From: an uncultured delta proteobacterium | GTDB lineage: Bacteria > Myxococcota > UBA727 > VGSZ01 | Assembly (NCBI GenBank): GCA_963775425.1 | Contig: CAVZJB010000011.1 | Coordinates: 1,056,001 to 1,120,000 of the forward strand | Direction of reading: 5' to 3' | Length of the DNA stretch: 64,000 bases | Part shown: one piece after another, positions 29,640 through 41,600 of the stretch | Numbering within the stretch: position 1 is the first letter of the stretch | Layout: every line of letters begins with the position of its first letter | The notes under the pieces: generated by a model | What the model was told of the DNA's origin: nothing | The model's database searches: none | What the model saw: the letters and a program-made list of their open reading frames with translations, nothing else | Translations under genes and position numbers: made by a program

Positions 29640-30783
29640 TCACTCGAGCAGGCGCGCGCCCGGACCGTGGTGCCGCCACAACAGCCAGCTCTCCTCGCGC
29701 TCGAGGTCGCGCATGGATCGATAGCGAGGGAGGGCGCGGCCGTCGGCGCAGGCGAGCACGCCGCGCCCGGCGGCGGTCGCGCGGGGGATGGCGCGGGCGA
29801 CGTCGGCGAGGCGCGCGCGCAACAACTGCATGTGGTCGCGCCCGCGCTCCTCTTCGCCGAAGACCGCGCGGCTCAGCATGAAGCGGATGCGCCGCAGGGG
29901 CTCGAGCAACACAATGTCGACGATGGCCTCTTCGCTGTCCACGAGGCGGTGCTGCGCGTCGCGGGACCAGTCGGTGGGGTCGCGCACGAAGCCGGTGAGC
30001 TTGAGCGAGCTGCGTCGCGCGATGCCGGCCGTCACGGCGGCCACCGCCGGCCAATGGTAGGTCACGAGCGTGTCCTCGCGCCCGAGCACCAGGACGTCGT
30101 CGGTGGCGACGAAGTTGTTGGTGGTTGCGGGCGGGGGCAGTGCGCTCCAGGTGTCCTCGGCCACGGCCGCCGCGACGCCCTCTCGCGACAGCGCTTCGGC
30201 GACGAGCCGCGCGGTCTCCTCGCTCACGCCGGCCAGGACGACGCCGTTGTTGTTGCGCGCGAGCGCGTCGGCGTCCTGCGCGGTGAGGCCCGGACACTCC
30301 GCGAAGGCCGCCGCGACCTTCGCGCGTTCAAGGGGCTCGAGCGACGCGAGGAAGACGGCGTGGCGCGCAGAAGCCGGAATCCGCCGCTCCCGCGGAGACG
30401 GCGGCCGCCCGCGCGTCGTCGTCGTGCGCGGCGCATGGGGTGAGCTCCTCGAAGCGGCCGTCGCTCACACGCGACAGCTCGCCGGCGTCGAGCCAGGCGC
30501 CGCCGCAGCCGCCGCACAGGTCGATGCGGACCCCGCGCAGATGGACCGGGCTCATCTTCGACGCGCAGGAAGGGCACACCAGGCGCTCCTTGCTCGCGAA
30601 CAACGCCATGAGCTCCCTCAGCATCGCGTGCGACACGCCGTGCTGCTCGACGACGATGCGCTCGACCGTCTCCGCGCCGACGAACCGTCCGCGGCAGGCG
30701 GGGCAGACGTCCTCGCGCAACGCGCCGAAGGCGAGCGCGAGGGGCGCGGCGCGGCAGCGGGGGCACTCGGGTTCATCGGCCAT
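29640..30783 (-). CDS. Tandem zf-TFIIB-type zinc-ribbon protein with an unknown C-terminal domain (one +1 frameshift at about 30378)
   Basis: MADEPECPRC..CPAC..CPSC..IDLCGGCGGAWLDAGEL; removing one base at GAATC 30377-30381 gives AADPASARHAVFL..., joining ORF 29640-30227. Confidence 0.7.
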
Positions 30784-30947
30784 CCGACGCCGAAGATAGT
30801 CGACCGCGGGGGACGCCGCTCCGGCGGCGACGCCGGCTGCGCCCGTTCGGCGTCGTCGCAGGCGTGTTCCGGCGCAATGCATGGGTGCATTGACGCAAGC
30901 GACCGCGGGGCTGTGCGTCCGGACGAAGCCCGCGCCATCGCGCCAAG

Positions 30948-30962
30948 TGGCACGTGGAGTGC
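30948..30962 (+). promoter_or_regulatory. Putative sigma54 -24/-12 promoter of the macAB-tolC operon
   Basis: TGGCAC-GTGGA-GTGC (GG-N10-GC). Confidence 0.55.
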
Positions 30963-30976
30963 AGTTTGCGCTGCCG

Positions 30977-32224
30977 ATGGTTTCCGAGACTGCCAGCACG
31001 AAGACACGAGCGTTGGCTCCCGCGGCCAGGCGCGGGATGCATTGGCTGCGCAACGGTGCCATCGCCGCCGCCGCGGTGGTGGCCGGCGTCGCGGTGATGT
31101 GGGCCGTCTCCCGCCGCGGCGGGCCGGAGGTCGCCTTCGAGACAGCCGGGATCGATCGCGGCGGCGTGGCCGCGAAGGTCACCGCCACGGGGACGGTCTC
31201 GGCGCTCGTCACGGTGCAGGTCGGCAGCCAGGTCTCCGGGCGCATTCAGGCGCTCTACGCCGACTTCAACGACGCCGTGCACAAGGGCGAGATCCTCGCC
31301 AAGCTCGACCCGCAGCTCTACGACGCCGCGCTCGAACAGGCGCGCGCCAATGAGCTCGCGGCCGAGGCCAACCTCGCGAAGGCCAAGACGCAGGCCGCCG
31401 ACGCCGACCGCACGCGCGACCGCGAGCAGGCGCTCTTCGACCGGCAGCTCATCGCGAAGGCCGACCTCGACACGGCGCAGACCGCCGTCGACGTCGCGAA
31501 GGCGAACATCGGCGCCGCGCGGGGCGCGGTGTCGCAGGCGACGGCGGCGCTCCACCAGGCGCAGGTGAACCTCCGGTACACGACGATTCGCTCGCCCATC
31601 GACGGGGTGGTGGTCTCGCGAAACGTCGACGCGGGTCAGACCGTGGCGGCCGCGTTTCAATCACCGACGCTCTTCGTCATCGCGGAAAATCTGCGCCGCA
31701 TGCAGGTCGACACCAGCGTCTCCGAGGCCGACGTGGGCAAGCTGCGGGGCGGCATGCCGGCCTCGTTTCACGTCGACGCGTATCCGGAGGAGACGTTCAC
31801 CGGCAAGGTGCGCGAGATTCGCTATGCCCCGCAGACGGTGCAGAACGTCGTCACGTACGACGCCGTCATCGACGTGGAGAACGACGGGCTCAAGCTGAGG
31901 CCGGGCATGACCGCCAACGTCGTGTTCGTGGTGCGCGACGTCAAGGACGCGGTGCGCGTGCCGAACGCCGCGCTGCGCTTCACGCTGCCGCCAGAGCTTC
32001 AGACCGAATACGGTGTGCGGCCCGCGGTGAGCGAGACGGACACGGAGCATCGAAACGTGTGGCTCCTTCGGAACGACAAGCCGGTCGCCGTCGCCATTAC
32101 GCCGGGCATCACCGACGGCAGCCGCACCGTCGTCGTCGCCGGTGATGTTCGTCCCGGCGATCTCGCCGTCACGGACGTGCCTCCCAGCGAGCAGAAGGGC
32201 TTCCGCTTGTTCGGCGGCCGGTGA
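30977..32224 (+). CDS. Efflux periplasmic adaptor (MacA-like)
   Basis: VTATGTV..VQVGSQVSGRI, IRSPIDGVV, LRPGMTANV; start at 30977 or 31037. Confidence 0.9.
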   Translation: MVSETASTKTRALAPAARRGMHWLRNGAIAAAAVVAGVAVMWAVSRRGGPEVAFETAGIDRGGVAAKVTATGTVSALVTVQVGSQVSGRIQALYADFNDAVHKGEILAKLDPQLYDAALEQARANELAAEANLAKAKTQAADADRTRDREQALFDRQLIAKADLDTAQTAVDVAKANIGAARGAVSQATAALHQAQVNLRYTTIRSPIDGVVVSRNVDAGQTVAAAFQSPTLFVIAENLRRMQVDTSVSEADVGKLRGGMPASFHVDAYPEETFTGKVREIRYAPQTVQNVVTYDAVIDVENDGLKLRPGMTANVVFVVRDVKDAVRVPNAALRFTLPPELQTEYGVRPAVSETDTEHRNVWLLRNDKPVAVAITPGITDGSRTVVVAGDVRPGDLAVTDVPPSEQKGFRLFGGR

Positions 32225-32236
32225 ATCGGAGTCTGT

Positions 32237-32977
32237 GTGGCCCTCATCGAGCTCGACGAAGTGACCAAGACCTACCGGCTCGGAGACAGCGAGCTGCACG
32301 CGCTCGATCACGTCTCGCTCTCGGTGAGCGAGGGAGACTTCGTCGCCATCATGGGGGCGTCGGGGTCGGGCAAGTCCACGCTCATGAACGTGCTCGGCTG
32401 CCTCGACCGTCCGACCAGCGGCAGCTACGTGCTTGACGGTCAGGACGTGAGCCTCCTCGACAGGAACGAGCGCGCCGAGATCCGGAACCACGAGATCGGC
32501 TTCGTGTTCCAGAGCTTCAACCTCCTCGCGCGCACGTCCGCGCTCGAGAACGTCGAGCTGCCCCTCGTCTACGCGGACGTCGGTACCAAGGAGCGCAAGG
32601 AGCGTGCGTTGCACGCGCTCGCGCGCGTCGGCCTCGGGGAGCGCGCCGACCATCACCCGAACCAGCTCTCGGGCGGACAACAGCAACGCGTGGCCATCGC
32701 GCGGGCGTTGGTGACGTCGCCGAAGATGATCCTGGCCGACGAGCCCACGGGCAACCTCGACTCGCGCTCGAGCGAGGAGATCATGGCGGTCTTTCAAGAC
32801 CTCGGCCGAAGCGGCATCACCATCGTGCTCGTCACGCACGAAAACGACATCGCTGCATGTGCCGCGCGCGTCATCGTCATGCGTGACGGCCGCATCATCG
32901 ACGACCACCGCCAGACACCGAAGACCGCGCGCGCCGCCGTGTCTTCCGCGACGGGCGAAGCGCAGGTCGCCACATGA
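32237..32977 (+). CDS. ABC transporter ATP-binding protein (MacB/LolD-like)
   Basis: [35 protein letters not shown]. Confidence 0.95.
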   Translation: MALIELDEVTKTYRLGDSELHALDHVSLSVSEGDFVAIMGASGSGKSTLMNVLGCLDRPTSGSYVLDGQDVSLLDRNERAEIRNHEIGFVFQSFNLLARTSALENVELPLVYADVGTKERKERALHALARVGLGERADHHPNQLSGGQQQRVAIARALVTSPKMILADEPTGNLDSRSSEEIMAVFQDLGRSGITIVLVTHENDIAACAARVIVMRDGRIIDDHRQTPKTARAAVSSATGEAQVAT

Positions 32978-34206
32978 GCCCCGCCCAAACCGCCCGCGTC
33001 GCCGCCCGCGCCCTGGTGCGCAACAAGACACGTTCGTTCCTCACCACGCTCGGCGTGATCATCGGCGTGTTCGCGGTGATCGCCATGGTCGCCATCGGCG
33101 ACGGCGCGAAGTCACGCGTCGAGGCGAGCTTCTCCTCCATCGGCAGCAACATGCTCATCATCATGCCGGGCACGAGCTCGCACGGCGGCGCGTTCGGCGG
33201 CTTCGGCACCTTGCCCACGCTCACGTGGGACGACCTGAAGGCGCTCAAGGAGCAGATCCCGTCGGTGCGGTACACCGCGCCGAGCATGCGAACGGCGGCG
33301 CAGGTGCAGAGCGAGGACGCCAACTGGACGACGTCGGTGTTCGGCACCTCCGTTGATTTCTTCGCCATCCGAGATTGGCAAGCCGCGAACGGAACGCTGT
33401 TCAACACCTCGGACGTCGAGGGCGGCGCCAAGGTGGCCGTTGTCGGCCGCACGGTGGCCGACAAGCTGTTCGGGAAGGGCAAGAACCCGACGGGCCGCAC
33501 GTTCCGCATCAAGGGCGTGCCCTTCTTCATCGACGGCGTGTTGACCGCCAAGGGGCAGTCCGCCTTCGGACAGGACAACGACGACGTCGTGATCGTGCCG
33601 TACACGACGTACCTCTCGAAGATCCAGGCGGCCGCGCTCGGCAATTTCGTGCCGGGCGTCATCATGGTGGGCGCCCGCTCTGAGCAGGACATCCAGCGCA
33701 CGCAACATCGGATCGAGGCGCTGTTGCGCGATCGCCACCACATCCCACGCGGCGCCGACGACGACTTCTCGGTGCGCAACCTGACGGAGATGGCGGGTGC
33801 GGTGGAGTCGGGTGCCGCGGCGCTCACCGCGCTGTTGGCCGCCATCGCCGCCGTCTCCCTCGTCGTGGGCGGCATCGGCATCATGAACATCATGCTGGTG
33901 AGCGTCACGGAGCGCACCCGCGAGATCGGGCTGCGCATGGCCGTCGGCGCCAAGCCGCGCCAGGTGCTCGCCCAATTCCTCGTCGAGGCGGCGGTGCTTT
34001 CGCTGACCGGCGGCGCCATCGGCATCGTGCTCGGCATCGCCACCGCGGACATCGTCGCGCAACACATGAAGTGGCCGCTGTTCGTGAGCGCCGGGATGAT
34101 CCTCATCGCCGTCGGCTTCAGTGCGCTCGTCGGCGTGGCGTTCGGCCTCTATCCCGCGCTCAAGGCGTCGCGCCTCGATCCCATCGATGCCCTGAGGTAC
34201 GAATGA
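32974..34206 (+). CDS. ABC transporter permease (MacB/FtsX type)
   Basis: [46 protein letters not shown]. Confidence 0.95.
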   Translation: MSPAQTARVAARALVRNKTRSFLTTLGVIIGVFAVIAMVAIGDGAKSRVEASFSSIGSNMLIIMPGTSSHGGAFGGFGTLPTLTWDDLKALKEQIPSVRYTAPSMRTAAQVQSEDANWTTSVFGTSVDFFAIRDWQAANGTLFNTSDVEGGAKVAVVGRTVADKLFGKGKNPTGRTFRIKGVPFFIDGVLTAKGQSAFGQDNDDVVIVPYTTYLSKIQAAALGNFVPGVIMVGARSEQDIQRTQHRIEALLRDRHHIPRGADDDFSVRNLTEMAGAVESGAAALTALLAAIAAVSLVVGGIGIMNIMLVSVTERTREIGLRMAVGAKPRQVLAQFLVEAAVLSLTGGAIGIVLGIATADIVAQHMKWPLFVSAGMILIAVGFSALVGVAFGLYPALKASRLDPIDALRYE

Positions 34207-35579
34207 CGCTCGTCGCCGTCCCCCTGCTCTCCGCCCTCGTGGCCGCCGCGGCGGCGCCGGCGGCCCCCGCGTCCGAGCCGTCGTCGCTGTTGCACGGCAG
34301 GACGCTCACCCTCGCGGAGTGCCTGCGCGTCGCCGCGGACAACCAGCCGCAGCTCGCGCAGGCCCGCGCGAGCACGCGCGCCGGGAGGGCGCGCGCGGAC
34401 GGGGCCATCGTTCCGATCCTGCCGCAGATCGGGGCGAGCGCCTCGTACGCGAGGGAGACCGCGAACTACGTCTCGCGCCCGGGCGCGGTGCCTTCGCTGC
34501 AGATCAACGGTCTGCCTTCGGGGGTGCAGGCGCCGACCATCACGACGTCCGCGGCCAAGCCGAGCAACGCCTCCTTCGACTATTGGAACGTCGGCGCCAA
34601 CGCGAGCCTGCTCGTGTTCGACTTTGGTCGCGCGTGGGTGACGTGGGCGGCGGCGCGCGACAGCGCGAGCAGCTTGCAGGCGCAGGAGGACGAGACCACC
34701 GACACGGTGGCGCTCAACGTTCGCGTGGCGTTCTTCGCCTTGCGCGGGCGAGAGGCGCTCGTCAAGGTCGCGAAGGAGGCGCTGGCAAACCAGGAGCGAC
34801 ACCTGACTCAGATCCAGGGCTTCGTCGACGTCGGCACGCGTCCGCAGATCGATCTCGCGCAGGCGAAGGGAGATCGCGCGAACGCATACGTCCAGCTCGT
34901 GACGGCGCAGAACAGCAGGCTCACGGCGCGCGCGCAGTTGTTCCAGGCTATGGGGGTTAGCGGCGACGACTCCGTGGAGATCGCCGACCAACCCCTGGGC
35001 GCCGTCGACGGCGAAGACGCAGCGCTCCAGAAGCTGGTGGACGAAGCCCTCGCCGACCGCCCCGACCTCGCCGCCGTCGACCGACAAATCCGCGCCGCCG
35101 AGCTCACCCGCGCGGCGACCATCGTCGGCTACGCGCCGAGCCTGTCCGTGGGGGCCTCGCTGAACGACGCGGGCCTCGCCCTGGACGCCCTCACGTGGAA
35201 TTGGACCGCGCAGGCGACGCTGTCGTGGCAGCTCTTCTCGCCGCTGTCGACGTGGGCGCAGCAACGCGAGGCCACCGCGAACGTCGACGGGCTACGCGCG
35301 TCCGCCGAGGTCCTCCGCCAACAGCTTCGCTTCGAGGTCGAGCAGGCGCAGCTCGGCGTGAGCGGTGCCAAGGCCTCGCTCTCGGCGGCCGACGACGCGG
35401 TCACCGCCGCGAGCGAGCGCCTGCGCCTCGCCGAGGGACGCTACGAGGAGGGGCAGGGCAGCGCCATCGAGCTGTCGGATGCGCAACTGTCGTTCACCAG
35501 CGCCGAAGCGCAGCGGGTGCAGGCCGACTTCAACCTCTCCGCCGCGCGCGCCCAACTCTTGAAAGCGCTCGGCCGCTGA
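34203..35579 (+). CDS. TolC-family outer membrane protein
   Basis: Signal peptide; [32 protein letters not shown]; last gene of the macAB operon. Confidence 0.9.
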   Translation: MTLVAVPLLSALVAAAAAPAAPASEPSSLLHGRTLTLAECLRVAADNQPQLAQARASTRAGRARADGAIVPILPQIGASASYARETANYVSRPGAVPSLQINGLPSGVQAPTITTSAAKPSNASFDYWNVGANASLLVFDFGRAWVTWAAARDSASSLQAQEDETTDTVALNVRVAFFALRGREALVKVAKEALANQERHLTQIQGFVDVGTRPQIDLAQAKGDRANAYVQLVTAQNSRLTARAQLFQAMGVSGDDSVEIADQPLGAVDGEDAALQKLVDEALADRPDLAAVDRQIRAAELTRAATIVGYAPSLSVGASLNDAGLALDALTWNWTAQATLSWQLFSPLSTWAQQREATANVDGLRASAEVLRQQLRFEVEQAQLGVSGAKASLSAADDAVTAASERLRLAEGRYEEGQGSAIELSDAQLSFTSAEAQRVQADFNLSAARAQLLKALGR

Positions 35580-35588
35580 GCTCGCCCG

Positions 35589-37139
35589 TCAGGCGCCGAG
35601 GATGTCGATGGCGTCGCTCACGCACTGCACCGGCGGCTTCGGGATCGACGTATCGGTCTTGCTCCAGGGCAGCGAGGACACGATGCGCTTCTTGGCCGGC
35701 GGCGCGCCGACGCCGTCGTCGGAGGGGACGGCGGCGACGGCGCCGGCGAGCGCCTTGAGATCCGCGTCGTCGTTGTGGCGGTGGTCTTTGAGGCGCGCCT
35801 CGATCTCGGGCAGGACGAGCTGGTCACGCATCAACAGCGGCCAGCCCGTGGCCGTGCCCGTGAGCACCTGCTCGATGACGGCGACGGAGTCGAGGCAGAC
35901 ACCGGTAGCGCCGTAGCCGTTGCCCCACAGGCCGAGCTTGGCGGCGGCGCTGTTGATGACGTCGCCGAGGGTGCCGGCGAGGCGCGCGGCGTTGACGGCC
36001 GCGTCGCCGTCGAACGTGACGGCCGTGTTCTTGCCGAGCCACGTCGAGCGCCGCGAGACGTTCCAGGGGAAGAACCCCGTGTTGGGCTCGCCCTGGTACC
36101 ACTTGAAGTCGGTGTCGAACGCCGGGCCCTTGGTCGTCGGGCCGCGCCGGATCTCGAAGATGAGCTCGCCGTGGACGGCGGGGAGGACGGCCTCGTTGCC
36201 CCGCGCGTCTTTGATGCCGGTGCGTACGAGGATGCCCGCGGGGACGTCGACGACGCCGTCGGGCGCCGCGGGGTTTTTCACCTTGAGCGACGCGAAGTCT
36301 GCGGCGCGGTAGTCGACGCGCGCGCGCACGGTGCAGCCGTCGGCCTTGAGCGCCGCGAGGAACGTCTCCACGGACGCGCACCGCTTGCCGTTGTAGACGA
36401 CGGTGAGCTTCTCCCCTCTGGGCAAGAGCGCGTTTCCGGCCAGCCTGTCGAAGATCTCGGCGCCGGCGATGTTGCGCTTGGCTTGCGTGTCGTCGAGCGA
36501 CGATGCGACGTCGCCCTGGAAGAGCCCCGGGGCGATCTCCTTCAGCTCCGGCACGGGTCTCTTGATGCCGTCGAGGTCGAGCTTGTCGAGGTGGACGATC
36601 CTCGGCAGTTGCCGGACCTTGGCCGGCGTCGGCGGGAGCTTGCCGGCCTTGGCCGCGACCTCGACGGCGTCGAAGCCCGCGTGCATCTGCTGCGGCGTGA
36701 CGACGAGCGCTTCGGCGATGCGCTCGGGGTGCGCGCGGATGGACGCCTTGAGCGCGTCGGGGATGGCGAGCCCCGTCTTCTGCTCGAACGCGGCAAAGAC
36801 GTTGTCGAGCGCCTTCTTCCCCTGGGGTGACGCCGCGGCCTGCTTCAGCACGTCGGGCAGGCCTACGCACGCGGGGTACCCCGGGAGCAGCGCGAGCCGG
36901 TTCGACGTCGACGGCGCGGCGACCAGGCCGGGCGCGGTCATCGGTTGGCCGCCGGCGACCACGGTGGGCGCGCCGCCGGTGAGGCCCGAGGGAGCCGCCG
37001 TCGAGCGGGCGCCCGTGTCGACGATGGGGTCGGTCCCGGCGCCGGCGGTGCCGTTCACGACGGTGGCGCCGGTGGTCTGGTTGGCGGCGCCGGCGGGCGC
37101 CTTGGGGATGGTGCGGGAGGGCGGGTTGATGACCGGCAT
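35589..37139 (-). CDS. Hypothetical protein with a low-complexity N-terminus and a globular C-terminal domain
   Basis: Protein-like part of ORF 35589-37763 from MPVINPP; TACCCT box 7 nt upstream of the ATG. Confidence 0.7.
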   Translation of the reverse strand: MPVINPPSRTIPKAPAGAANQTTGATVVNGTAGAGTDPIVDTGARSTAAPSGLTGGAPTVVAGGQPMTAPGLVAAPSTSNRLALLPGYPACVGLPDVLKQAAASPQGKKALDNVFAAFEQKTGLAIPDALKASIRAHPERIAEALVVTPQQMHAGFDAVEVAAKAGKLPPTPAKVRQLPRIVHLDKLDLDGIKRPVPELKEIAPGLFQGDVASSLDDTQAKRNIAGAEIFDRLAGNALLPRGEKLTVVYNGKRCASVETFLAALKADGCTVRARVDYRAADFASLKVKNPAAPDGVVDVPAGILVRTGIKDARGNEAVLPAVHGELIFEIRRGPTTKGPAFDTDFKWYQGEPNTGFFPWNVSRRSTWLGKNTAVTFDGDAAVNAARLAGTLGDVINSAAAKLGLWGNGYGATGVCLDSVAVIEQVLTGTATGWPLLMRDQLVLPEIEARLKDHRHNDDADLKALAGAVAAVPSDDGVGAPPAKKRIVSSLPWSKTDTSIPKPPVQCVSDAIDILGA

Positions 37140-37228
37140 GGCGACGAGGGTATCGCGGACATCGCTCGCCGGCATCGGTGAACTGCGCCAGCGAGGCGCA
37201 GCCTCGCCTCGTCGGGGAGGGGCGTCGC

Positions 37229-38551
37229 TCAGCGCTGGAGGAAGCACCGACGCGTGTCGAGGACGAGCGGGGGATTCGGCGCCTGATTCCAGTCGAAGGC
37301 CGCCGTCAGGTCGTTGGTGTCGGGGCCGTCCTGTGCGGCCGGGTCCAGCGAGTGCAGCGACGGCAGGTGAAAGAGGGTCTCGATGAGCTTGGGGATGGAG
37401 GCCTGTTCGGCCACGTCCTGCATGACGACCCCCGGCCGCGCGTAGGGGGAAATGATCACCGCGGGCAGGCGGAAGCCGACGCCATAGGGGTGCTCGGCGT
37501 CGCCGCCGTACTGCCGGGGGGGCGGCACGTGGTCGTACCAGCCGCCGAAGTCGTCCCACGTGATGATGATGGCCAGGTGGTCCCAATACGCGCTTTGCAT
37601 CAGGGCGTTGATGTGGCCGACCACCCAGTTCTCCCCGGTGCAGACGTTGAGCGGCGGATGCTCGCTGTGGAGGTCCTGCGGCACGAGGAAGCTCACGTTG
37701 GGCAGCGTGCCGTTTCTGACATCGGCGTCGAAGCGCTTTTCGTCGACGACGTGGGTGTCCCAATCAGGTCCGTTGCGGACGTGATCGACGGCGTCGAACA
37801 TCGACCACACCTCGCCGACGAGCGGCGGCAGCGTCGAGCCGTAAAAGCCCCAGTTGAGGTCGGGCGTGAGGAGGTCGGGGACGGTCGGGTAGTCGAAGCA
37901 GGGGAACACGGGGGCGATGGAGCCCGACGCCGGGTCGAGCACGTCGACGGTGGTGCCGTCCCGGTCGTCGCAGCCCCAGGGGACGAGCTGGCTCGGGTTG
38001 CCGGTGGCCCAGCCCGCCTGCGCCGAGAGCGCGAACGAGTGCCCGGGGAACGAGGGCCCGAGCATCGACGAGAAGAAGTGATCGCAGAGCGTAAAGTTCC
38101 GCGCGTACTGCCAGAAGTTCGGGATGTCGTCCTCGACGTACTGGTCGAACGCGAGGTGATCGCTGTTGTTGGCGTCCCCTTCGAGCCAGCCATCCATCGC
38201 GCCGCCGTGCCAGTCCGCGAGCGCGCAGTCGTGGGTGTGGCAGAGGTCCCGCGTGAGCACCAGCGGCGGCCGGCCCACGTCGACCACGCCCTTGGACGTG
38301 ACGGCCGTTGTGGTGCCCTCCGCGCCCGGGAACGAGCCGAAGAGGTTGTCGAAGGTGTGGTTCTCGTTGACGATGACGACGACGTGGTCGATGGGGTAGA
38401 CGACCTCGTCGGCGCCGGCGCCGGGAGCATCAGGACCACCGGGAGCATCAGGACCACCGGGAGCACCGAAGCCACCGGGAGCACCGGGGCTGCAGCTCGC
38501 GCCGGCCGACACGGCCAGGAACACCAGCGAGCGACACACCCGGTTTCGCAC
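37229..38551 (-). CDS. Phospholipase C / acid phosphatase-type phosphoesterase lipoprotein
   Basis: HVVVIVNENHTFDNLFG, CDHFFSS..GPSFPGH, TWDDFGGWYDHV, GFRLPAVIISPY; GTG start with a GGAGG RBS; lipobox GASC. Confidence 0.88.
   Translation of the reverse strand: MRNRVCRSLVFLAVSAGASCSPGAPGGFGAPGGPDAPGGPDAPGAGADEVVYPIDHVVVIVNENHTFDNLFGSFPGAEGTTTAVTSKGVVDVGRPPLVLTRDLCHTHDCALADWHGGAMDGWLEGDANNSDHLAFDQYVEDDIPNFWQYARNFTLCDHFFSSMLGPSFPGHSFALSAQAGWATGNPSQLVPWGCDDRDGTTVDVLDPASGSIAPVFPCFDYPTVPDLLTPDLNWGFYGSTLPPLVGEVWSMFDAVDHVRNGPDWDTHVVDEKRFDADVRNGTLPNVSFLVPQDLHSEHPPLNVCTGENWVVGHINALMQSAYWDHLAIIITWDDFGGWYDHVPPPRQYGGDAEHPYGVGFRLPAVIISPYARPGVVMQDVAEQASIPKLIETLFHLPSLHSLDPAAQDGPDTNDLTAAFDWNQAPNPPLVLDTRRCFLQR
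38421..38488. repeat. 18-bp in-frame tandem repeat (about 3.5 copies) encoding an APGGPD linker
   Basis: CCGGGAGCATCAGGACCA x2 plus degenerate copies. Confidence 0.8.
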
Positions 38552-38675
38552 ACGACCTCCGCCGACGCCGAGGCTACCGGCGGCACCGACCCTGTCAACG
38601 CGATGAGAAAGCGCGCCGACGGCTGGTCGTCGTCGGGAATGGGGCGTTCTGCGCAGAGTTGGACAGGGAACCTCG

Positions 38676-41600
38676 TCACGAGGGGGCAGCGCGCGCCGCG
38701 TCCGCGAGGGGCGCGGGAGAGCCGAGGCGCACGCGAAGCTCGTGCGTCCCCGGGATCCCCGCGTCGAGCGAAACACGGTTCGAGTCGAGCGCGGTGCCGT
38801 CCAAGGTCACCGCTGCGACACCGGTCGCCACGCGATCGGGATTCACGACGACGATGTGGACGCTACAGGCGCTGCTCAGTTGAACCCATGCGTCGAAGCC
38901 GGGCCAGCTCGGCGGGATCACGGGATCGATGCGCAGGGCACCGGCGTCACTGTGGATGCCGAGGATGCCTTCGACCCCGAGTCGCCATAGCCAAGCGGCG
39001 GCGCCCGTGTACCAGGTCCAGCCGCCGCGGCCGACCCAGGGCGGGCATCCATAGACGTCGCCAGCGAGGACGTAGGGCTCGACGCGATAGCGGGCGACGT
39101 CGGCGCCGCTCGTCGTGCGCAGCGCCGGATTCAGCAAGCGGAAGATGCGCTCGGCCTCTTCTCCTTCGCCGAGGGCCGCGCGCGCGAAGCCGAGCCAGGT
39201 CGCCGCGTGCGTGTATTGTCCGCCGTTTTCACGGACGCCCGGCGGGTACGCGCGCACGTATCCCGGGTCATGCAGTGTGCTGTCGAACGGCGGGGTGAAC
39301 AGGAGAACGAGGCGGTCCTTGTCGCGCACGAGTTGTTCGTCGGCGGCGCGCACTGCGGCGCGCGCTCTGGCGTCGCCCTGCGCGACGGGTGGCTCCTCGG
39401 ACAGCACGGCCCAGGATTGGGCGATCGAGTCGATGTGACATTCGCTGCTCTTGGCCGACCCGACCTCGGATCCGTCGTCGTGGAAGGCGCGTAGGTACCA
39501 CGCGCCGTCCCAGGCGACGCGCTTGATCTGCGCGCGCAACGTCGCGGCCTTCTCGCTCCACCGCGCGCCTTCGAGGGCGTCGCCGGTCAGCCTCGCCAGC
39601 ACGGCGAAGCAATCCATGGTCGCGCACAAAAACCAGCCGAGCCACACGCTCTCGCCGCGCCCCTCGGCGCCGACGCGGTTCATGCCGTCGTTCCAATCGC
39701 CTTCGCCCATCAACGGGAGTCCGTGCGCCCCTGCGGTCGCCGCTCGCACGAGCGCCCGGCGGCAATGCTCGTAGAGCGATGCGGACAGCGTCGAGGACTC
39801 GTATTGCGCGTAGCGGTCGTGCTCGTCCGCGCGCAACGGCTCTCCCTCGAGGAAAGACACGGGCTCGTCGAGGATCGCCACGTCGCCGGTCGCCGCGACG
39901 TATTCGTCGACGACGTAGGGCAGCCACGCCATGTCGTCCGAGCAACGCGTGCGAACTCCACGGCCGGAGGGCGGGTGCCACCAATGAAGGACATCACCTT
40001 CCTTGAACTGTCGTCCTGCAGCGTCGAGGATGTGCTCGCGCGCGATCGATGGGGCCGCGCGAAACAACGCGAGGACATCCTGCAATTGATCGCGATATCC
40101 GAATGCGCCGCTCGACTGATAGAGGCCGGTGCGGCCGAAGATGCGCGCGGAGACCGTTTGATACAGCAGCCAGCGATTGAGCATCAGATCCATCGATGCC
40201 TCGGGCGTCGCGACACGAATGTTCCCGAGGAGCTCGTCCCAGAAAGCCTGCAGTCCCCGCCAGGCATCCGCGACGACGGCAGGGTCGCGATAGCGAGCCA
40301 CGAGCTCCAACGCGACGTCGCGGCTCTCCGCCTGCCCGAGGATGAAGTGCGTCTCGATCTCTTCGTCGGGCGCCAGCTCGACGTGCACCTGCAACGCGGC
40401 GCATGGATCGGTGCCGCCCTCCCCGTCGTCGACGCGCCCCGAGAGCCCCCATCGCTGCAATGCTTCGGGGCGGGCGTAATCGCCGCCGCGGCCGAGGAAC
40501 TCCAAACGGTCCGCAGTGAATCCGTGCACCGCGCCCTTCGCCGCCAGGAACGCAACGCGCCCGGCGAGCTCTTCGGTCCAATCGCAAGTCGCGAGCAGGC
40601 ACGCGCGATCGCGGACGAGCTCCGAGACGATGTAGGGCCGTTGCGTGGCGCGCCGACGGCCGAGGACCCATTCCGCGTAATACGTGAGCGTCAGCCGCCG
40701 ATGGCGCGCGAGCACGTTCTTGAGCTTCACGCGAACCACCTTGAGCGGCGCGTCGGGCGGAACGAAGACCGTGAGCTCCTGCACGAGACCGTGGCTCTCA
40801 CGCTCGTAGGTCGAATATCCAGCGCCGTGACGGACCAACGTCTGTCCGGTGCGCCCGGCGGGCCGCGGCGTCGTCGACCACACCGCGCCGCTCTCCTCGT
40901 CGCGCAGGTACAGGGCCTCGGAGGGCGTGTCGCAGGCAGGGTCGTTCCGCCAGGGTGTGAGCCGGTTCTCGCCGCTGTTCTTCGACCAGGTCACCCCGAA
41001 CGACGACTCGCTGACGAGGCACCCGAGCTCCGCATTCGCAAGGACGTTGCACCACGGCGCCGGTGTGCTCTCGCCAGGACGGACGTCGACGACGTACTCG
41101 CGGCCGTCCTCGCTGAAGCCCCCGATGCCGTTGTCGAAGCGCAGGTGTGGGCGCGCACGGGCCTGCTCGGCGGCGTCGTCGACGAGCGACGGCTCGAAGC
41201 GCGGCAAGCGCGGCGCGCTCGCCGGGACGTGGGCGAGTGACGCGGCCAGCAATCCGTCGCGCGTGTGCAGCACGATGCGCGCCGCCGCCTCGAGGTGGCG
41301 CACCTCACCCGGGGAGAGCCGGTCCGCGGCGAGCAGGAAGACCCCACCATGGCGATTGAGCCAGTCAATCGCGTCGTTCTGCGCCAGCACGCCCCGTAGC
41401 GTTCCGGATGCCTCGGTGAGGTATCCCGACGCTTGCTCGTCGATGAGCACGAGATCGAGCCGGACGCCGCACGAGCGCAGGAAGCGCTGCGTCGCGAGCA
41501 GCTCGGGCACGAGCGCGGCGTCGGGATCGCTCACGCGCACGAGGACGATGGGATCGTCGCCCGAGAGGCCGTGGGCCCAGAGGCGACGTTGACAAGGGTG

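Noticed and set aside
30977-35579. MacAB-TolC as the exporter of the EPS or the cyclic glucan
   Set aside because: It is an ordinary MacB-type system, and nothing beyond proximity and a similar promoter links it to either polymer.
38421-38488. 18-bp repeat as a phase-variation switch
   Set aside because: The unit is a multiple of three and encodes a flexible linker, so copy changes would not shift the frame.
37229-38551. Phosphoesterase as a CgmB/MdoB-type glucan phosphoglycerol transferase
   Set aside because: The motifs are those of the PLC/AcpA phosphoesterase family, with no multi-TM LTA-synthase-type domain.
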